64,000 nt of DNA from the human T2T-CHM13v2.0 reference genome, Homo sapiens: NCBI RefSeq assembly GCF_009914755.1, contig NC_060931.1. One strand, 5' to 3'. Shown piece after piece: positions 59,929-64,000 of the stretch. The translations under genes and the position numbers were made by a program. Below the pieces are notes generated by a model, which worked only from the letters and a program-made list of their open reading frames with translations, was not told where the DNA came from and did no database searches. How positions within the stretch are numbered: the first letter of the stretch is position 1; each line of letters starts with the position of its first letter.

Positions 59929-61689
59929 ATCTTTTTACAGTAATATATTACATAATATAATATTTTAAAATATGTATATAACAAGATTTAAGCTAAGCAT
60001 AATAGGTATGTATGTGACTATTTAATCAAATTTGTTTAAAAAATGTATATATTCAGGTTACCCATGGTGAGCGATTTCCACTCATCTAGCTGGCTCAGAA
60101 ATGATCCGGCAGCATTTCCTCAAGAGAGCTTCTTGCCGCCAGGGTGTCTGTCTCAGTCAAGTTCAAGAGCCACTGTTCTATATTTGGAACCACTACTCCC
60201 ATTTGACTCTCAGGCCTTGTTCTGCTCTGTGATTTGTAATAGCAAGATCTTTGCCTTACTATAATTTTTTTCTTCATTTTACAACAAATCATTTTTGCTC
60301 TGGGCTTCTTTTTACAAATCTTTCCTCTACCCAGTCTATTAGGAACTTCTCTATACATCTCAAAACTTATTATAAAGTATAATTATAAATATTATTTAAT
60401 TTTCCCCAGGAACTTCCACAAACTTATATGAATCTCAGCTTTAGCCGAAAGGAGAAAGACATCTGTTATTATACTATTTACTTAACCATTTCTTTATTTT
60501 CAGCTTCCACTGTGTTTCTGAGTGTTTGTTTTTATAAATAATATTATGAGAAATAATTTGGTGCATAAATTACCCTCTCCATTCCTAATGCTTCTTTCTG
60601 AATAGATTCCTGGACCTGACAATAGCATTAGTTTAAGATCTTGATACTCTCAACCATATCTATTTTCATTTTCACTATAGGCAAATATGCTTTTATAATT
60701 ATGTCACTACGGCTATTTCATTTTTTAATTAATAAATTGGTGACTAGTCATTTTAGATAAATTATATGTCAATTAAAAAGTGAATAATTGTCTCTTATTA
60801 ATTATTTGAAATTTCTGTAAAGCCAAAGTTGATTTTCCTTTGTTAATTTAAAGCCCACACAACCCTTCCAAAAGAAAGGAAATTGACAACAATATTCAAA
60901 GGACAAATTTCTGGTCAGGACAAGACCATGATACAAAGCTGTGGAACCTCTACAAGTCTCCTCATTAAAAACCAAACAAAAACAACTAAGCAACTAAGAG
61001 AGAAAATGAAAAAATATATATGTTCACAGATAACTTTACCAAAACTAGTTGCAAAGCTGCCCCCACAATGCAGAATAAGTTTGAGGGAGGCCAGTATGAG
61101 GATAAGGATGGAGACAGAGGCAGCCTCCATCAATTATTTCTCTCATCGTGAAACACGGGTGAAGAGGTAATTCATCAGATGTGAACAAGCAATTCCCAAC
61201 AGTATTCAGAGGAAGTATTGTTTTTGTACTATAGGAAGAGTCATCTGTTCCCACTAGTTTATTAAAGTTGTCGAAGATACTATGTTTTGAGTTGTATTTG
61301 CTCATATAAAGAGTAAATAAGAGACCCAAAGTTAAACAAAATAGTGTAGAATCCACTAAAATACCCATGCCCTTTATAGAATAATCCCCCATATACCTTA
61401 TAATACAGAGAAGGGTTATATATTATATACATTTGAAGCCACCATACTGTTACAAATAGAATGAATGCAGGGAAAAAAATGACCCGACAAATAACAAAAG
61501 ATTAAGGGTATGAGCAACATAGAATTAGTCAATGAAGTGAAGAGGCAGAGAGTACACTATAGCAAGAAGGTAACAATGAATTACAATCACTGGTTTAAAA
61601 GCGTTTGTAGTAATAACAAAAACCACACACAGACAAAGAAACGCCTTTGGAGCCAGAGCTGCGTGGGGGACAGAGGATGGACCCAAAGA

Positions 61690-61890
61690 GTCGAAAGATT
61701 TGAGTGCAGATTTGGTTTCCGATTATTCCTGAGTGCAGACAATTTGGCAAGTCACTTAATCTTTCTTCTTCACATCTGTAAAATGGGGCTTTTAATACCT
61801 GTCTAAGAGAATTAAAGAATTACCTGAGCTAATATTTCTGGAAGGTGTATCACAGTGGTTGGCATATCATAATCTTAATAGCTATCATAT
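61690..61890 (+). mobile_element. MIR
   Basis: ttggcaagtcacttaatct...cacatctgtaaaatgggg core. Confidence 0.75.
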
Positions 61891-63449
61891 TTTACAGTCC
61901 TTTCTTTTGAACAGTGCATGATAAGCACACAATAAAATTTAGCTATTCTTATTGTAAAACAATTTGTCATTAAAGTACTAACTTTTAAAAATATTTAAAT
62001 TGCAGAAATACCAAAGCCCACTAAATCCTTTCTACCAGGAAACATTAATGATAATTTTAAACAATATTATTAAAATGGAAAAATAAACCTGGATTATTAA
62101 AAAATTTATATTCTAAAATACCCAACAATATACATGTGGAGAATTATACAGGGGTTTATTAAGTGTTTATCGAACCCACTACAGGTATAAAAATTTGTAT
62201 AAATGCTGTTTCTCCTGCATATTTATTTGTGCAAACATTTTAAAACAATTTAGACTTAAAATTTCTAAAGTCAGTTTTCCTTACTTTCCATTTGCTTAAA
62301 ATTTTAATAAAATGTAATGCTTTAAATTAGTTTAGTACTATTTCTTACCAAAGCTATCTTTACAACTTTTAAAATAAGCTTTCAAAAGTATATTTTTATC
62401 AGTAAGCTGTGCTCTTTTGTTGACAAAAAAAGAAATCAAATATGAATAGGAATGAATAAAATTGGAACTCAGAACAGTTAACACTTGAATGGTTTATAAA
62501 TTTCATGTTTTTCCTCCAATATTGTGAAATACATCATTCATCTAAGTATCTCACAACATGGGGTAACAAGTCATATTATGAAATGCTACAATGAAGAACA
62601 AATTTTATGAAGTATAAGTGTGTAAGTCAGTTGGTAGCATTGTAGTTTATATAATGGATGAGGAAAGGTGTTTCAAATCTTTTAGGCTTTCATACCCTCA
62701 GTCTGTCATTTACTAATACAAAATAAAAAAATCAAAGCAATATGCAGAGAGAAAAAGATAGAGACTGCTCCTAATGTCTATGAATGAATTACCTGAACAT
62801 TGAATTGCATAAGATCTGATATTTCTCTTTAAAACTATTCATTCACCTGTAATGAACCTTTAATAATATGAGGCTTCCGGTAAGAAATAAGACAATAGCA
62901 GGAGAGGAAAACATTCCTTTGGTAAATGAGGCAGAGGATAAATTAAAATTCCTTAGTTTCACATTTTGAAGTCTAAATACTGTCTCTAACCTTGGTGTTA
63001 CTATAGAGTCTTTCATCAAAATGCTTCGCGGTGTTCTATGAACACACCTTGCTTGCGTTATTATCAGTGTGTACTCTTCTCTTCAATGCCCTTACCCTTC
63101 TTTGATGTGCCTTTTCGAGAGTTTCTTTTTTCATGAAACTTTTCAGATAATTGCAACGTACTGTGATTCCTCCATTTGTGGAATTCGTGGAAATTACTTA
63201 CTTCCATTTCCTTCTCCTTAGTATCCGTTTTCTTTGGCAAGACCAAGCCTAAAGGCAAACAAGAAATATCCACATGCAAATAAAACAAAAAAAAATTACA
63301 TACCACGACACGCACACATTTCAAATCTCTGTTTGCATCAAGACCCTATTGACTCCACATATACCATAGGATGTTTCTATCACTTCAGAACTTTCCTTGT
63401 TCCCATTTCTAGGCAAACACATACAAACACACACAGGCACATGCATGAA

Positions 63450-64000
<551 letters not shown>

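Noticed and set aside
60043-61806. Cluster of short overlapping ORFs on both strands
   Set aside because: No homology I recognise and no consistent splice structure; sizes are compatible with chance.
63060-63210. Minus-strand donor sites (AAG|gtaagg, AA|gtaagt) in a mildly CpG-containing stretch
   Set aside because: No matching acceptor or convincing reading frame found.

Overview
Primate (human/great-ape-like) AT-rich, repeat-dominated genomic DNA. There is no prokaryotic content, CRISPR array or RNA gene that I can support. Main content: (1) a full-length L1PA2-type element (5630-11665, minus strand, perfect 12-bp TSD) with disabled ORF1/ORF2 but an intact antisense ORF0; (2) an older full-length L1PA3-5-type element (about 29010-35939) that keeps the ~129-bp 5'UTR segment and carries a nested L1; (3) a HERV-IP/HERV-I-group provirus (42992-50969, minus strand) with both LTRs, a tRNA-Pro-like PBS, a PPT and an in-frame pol deletion; (4) twelve Alus plus THE1, LTR33, LTR16/ERVL, Tigger2-like, L2, MIR and old L1M fragments. 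Several short, well-bounded plus-strand candidate exons (39, 18, 24, 50, 96 nt) suggest the window lies inside an intron-rich gene that I could not identify. The most notable structures are a 5'-inverted L1 carrying a ~475-bp 3' transduction inside a Tigger2-like element, a perfect 70-bp inverted templated duplication inside an (AT)n tract, five twin-primed L1 insertions, a multi-level nested TE cluster, an ungapped 139-bp diverged duplication, and a possible ORF0 splice route into the candidate exons. Subfamily calls come from recalled consensus features, not from a search. I found no convincing new biological system.
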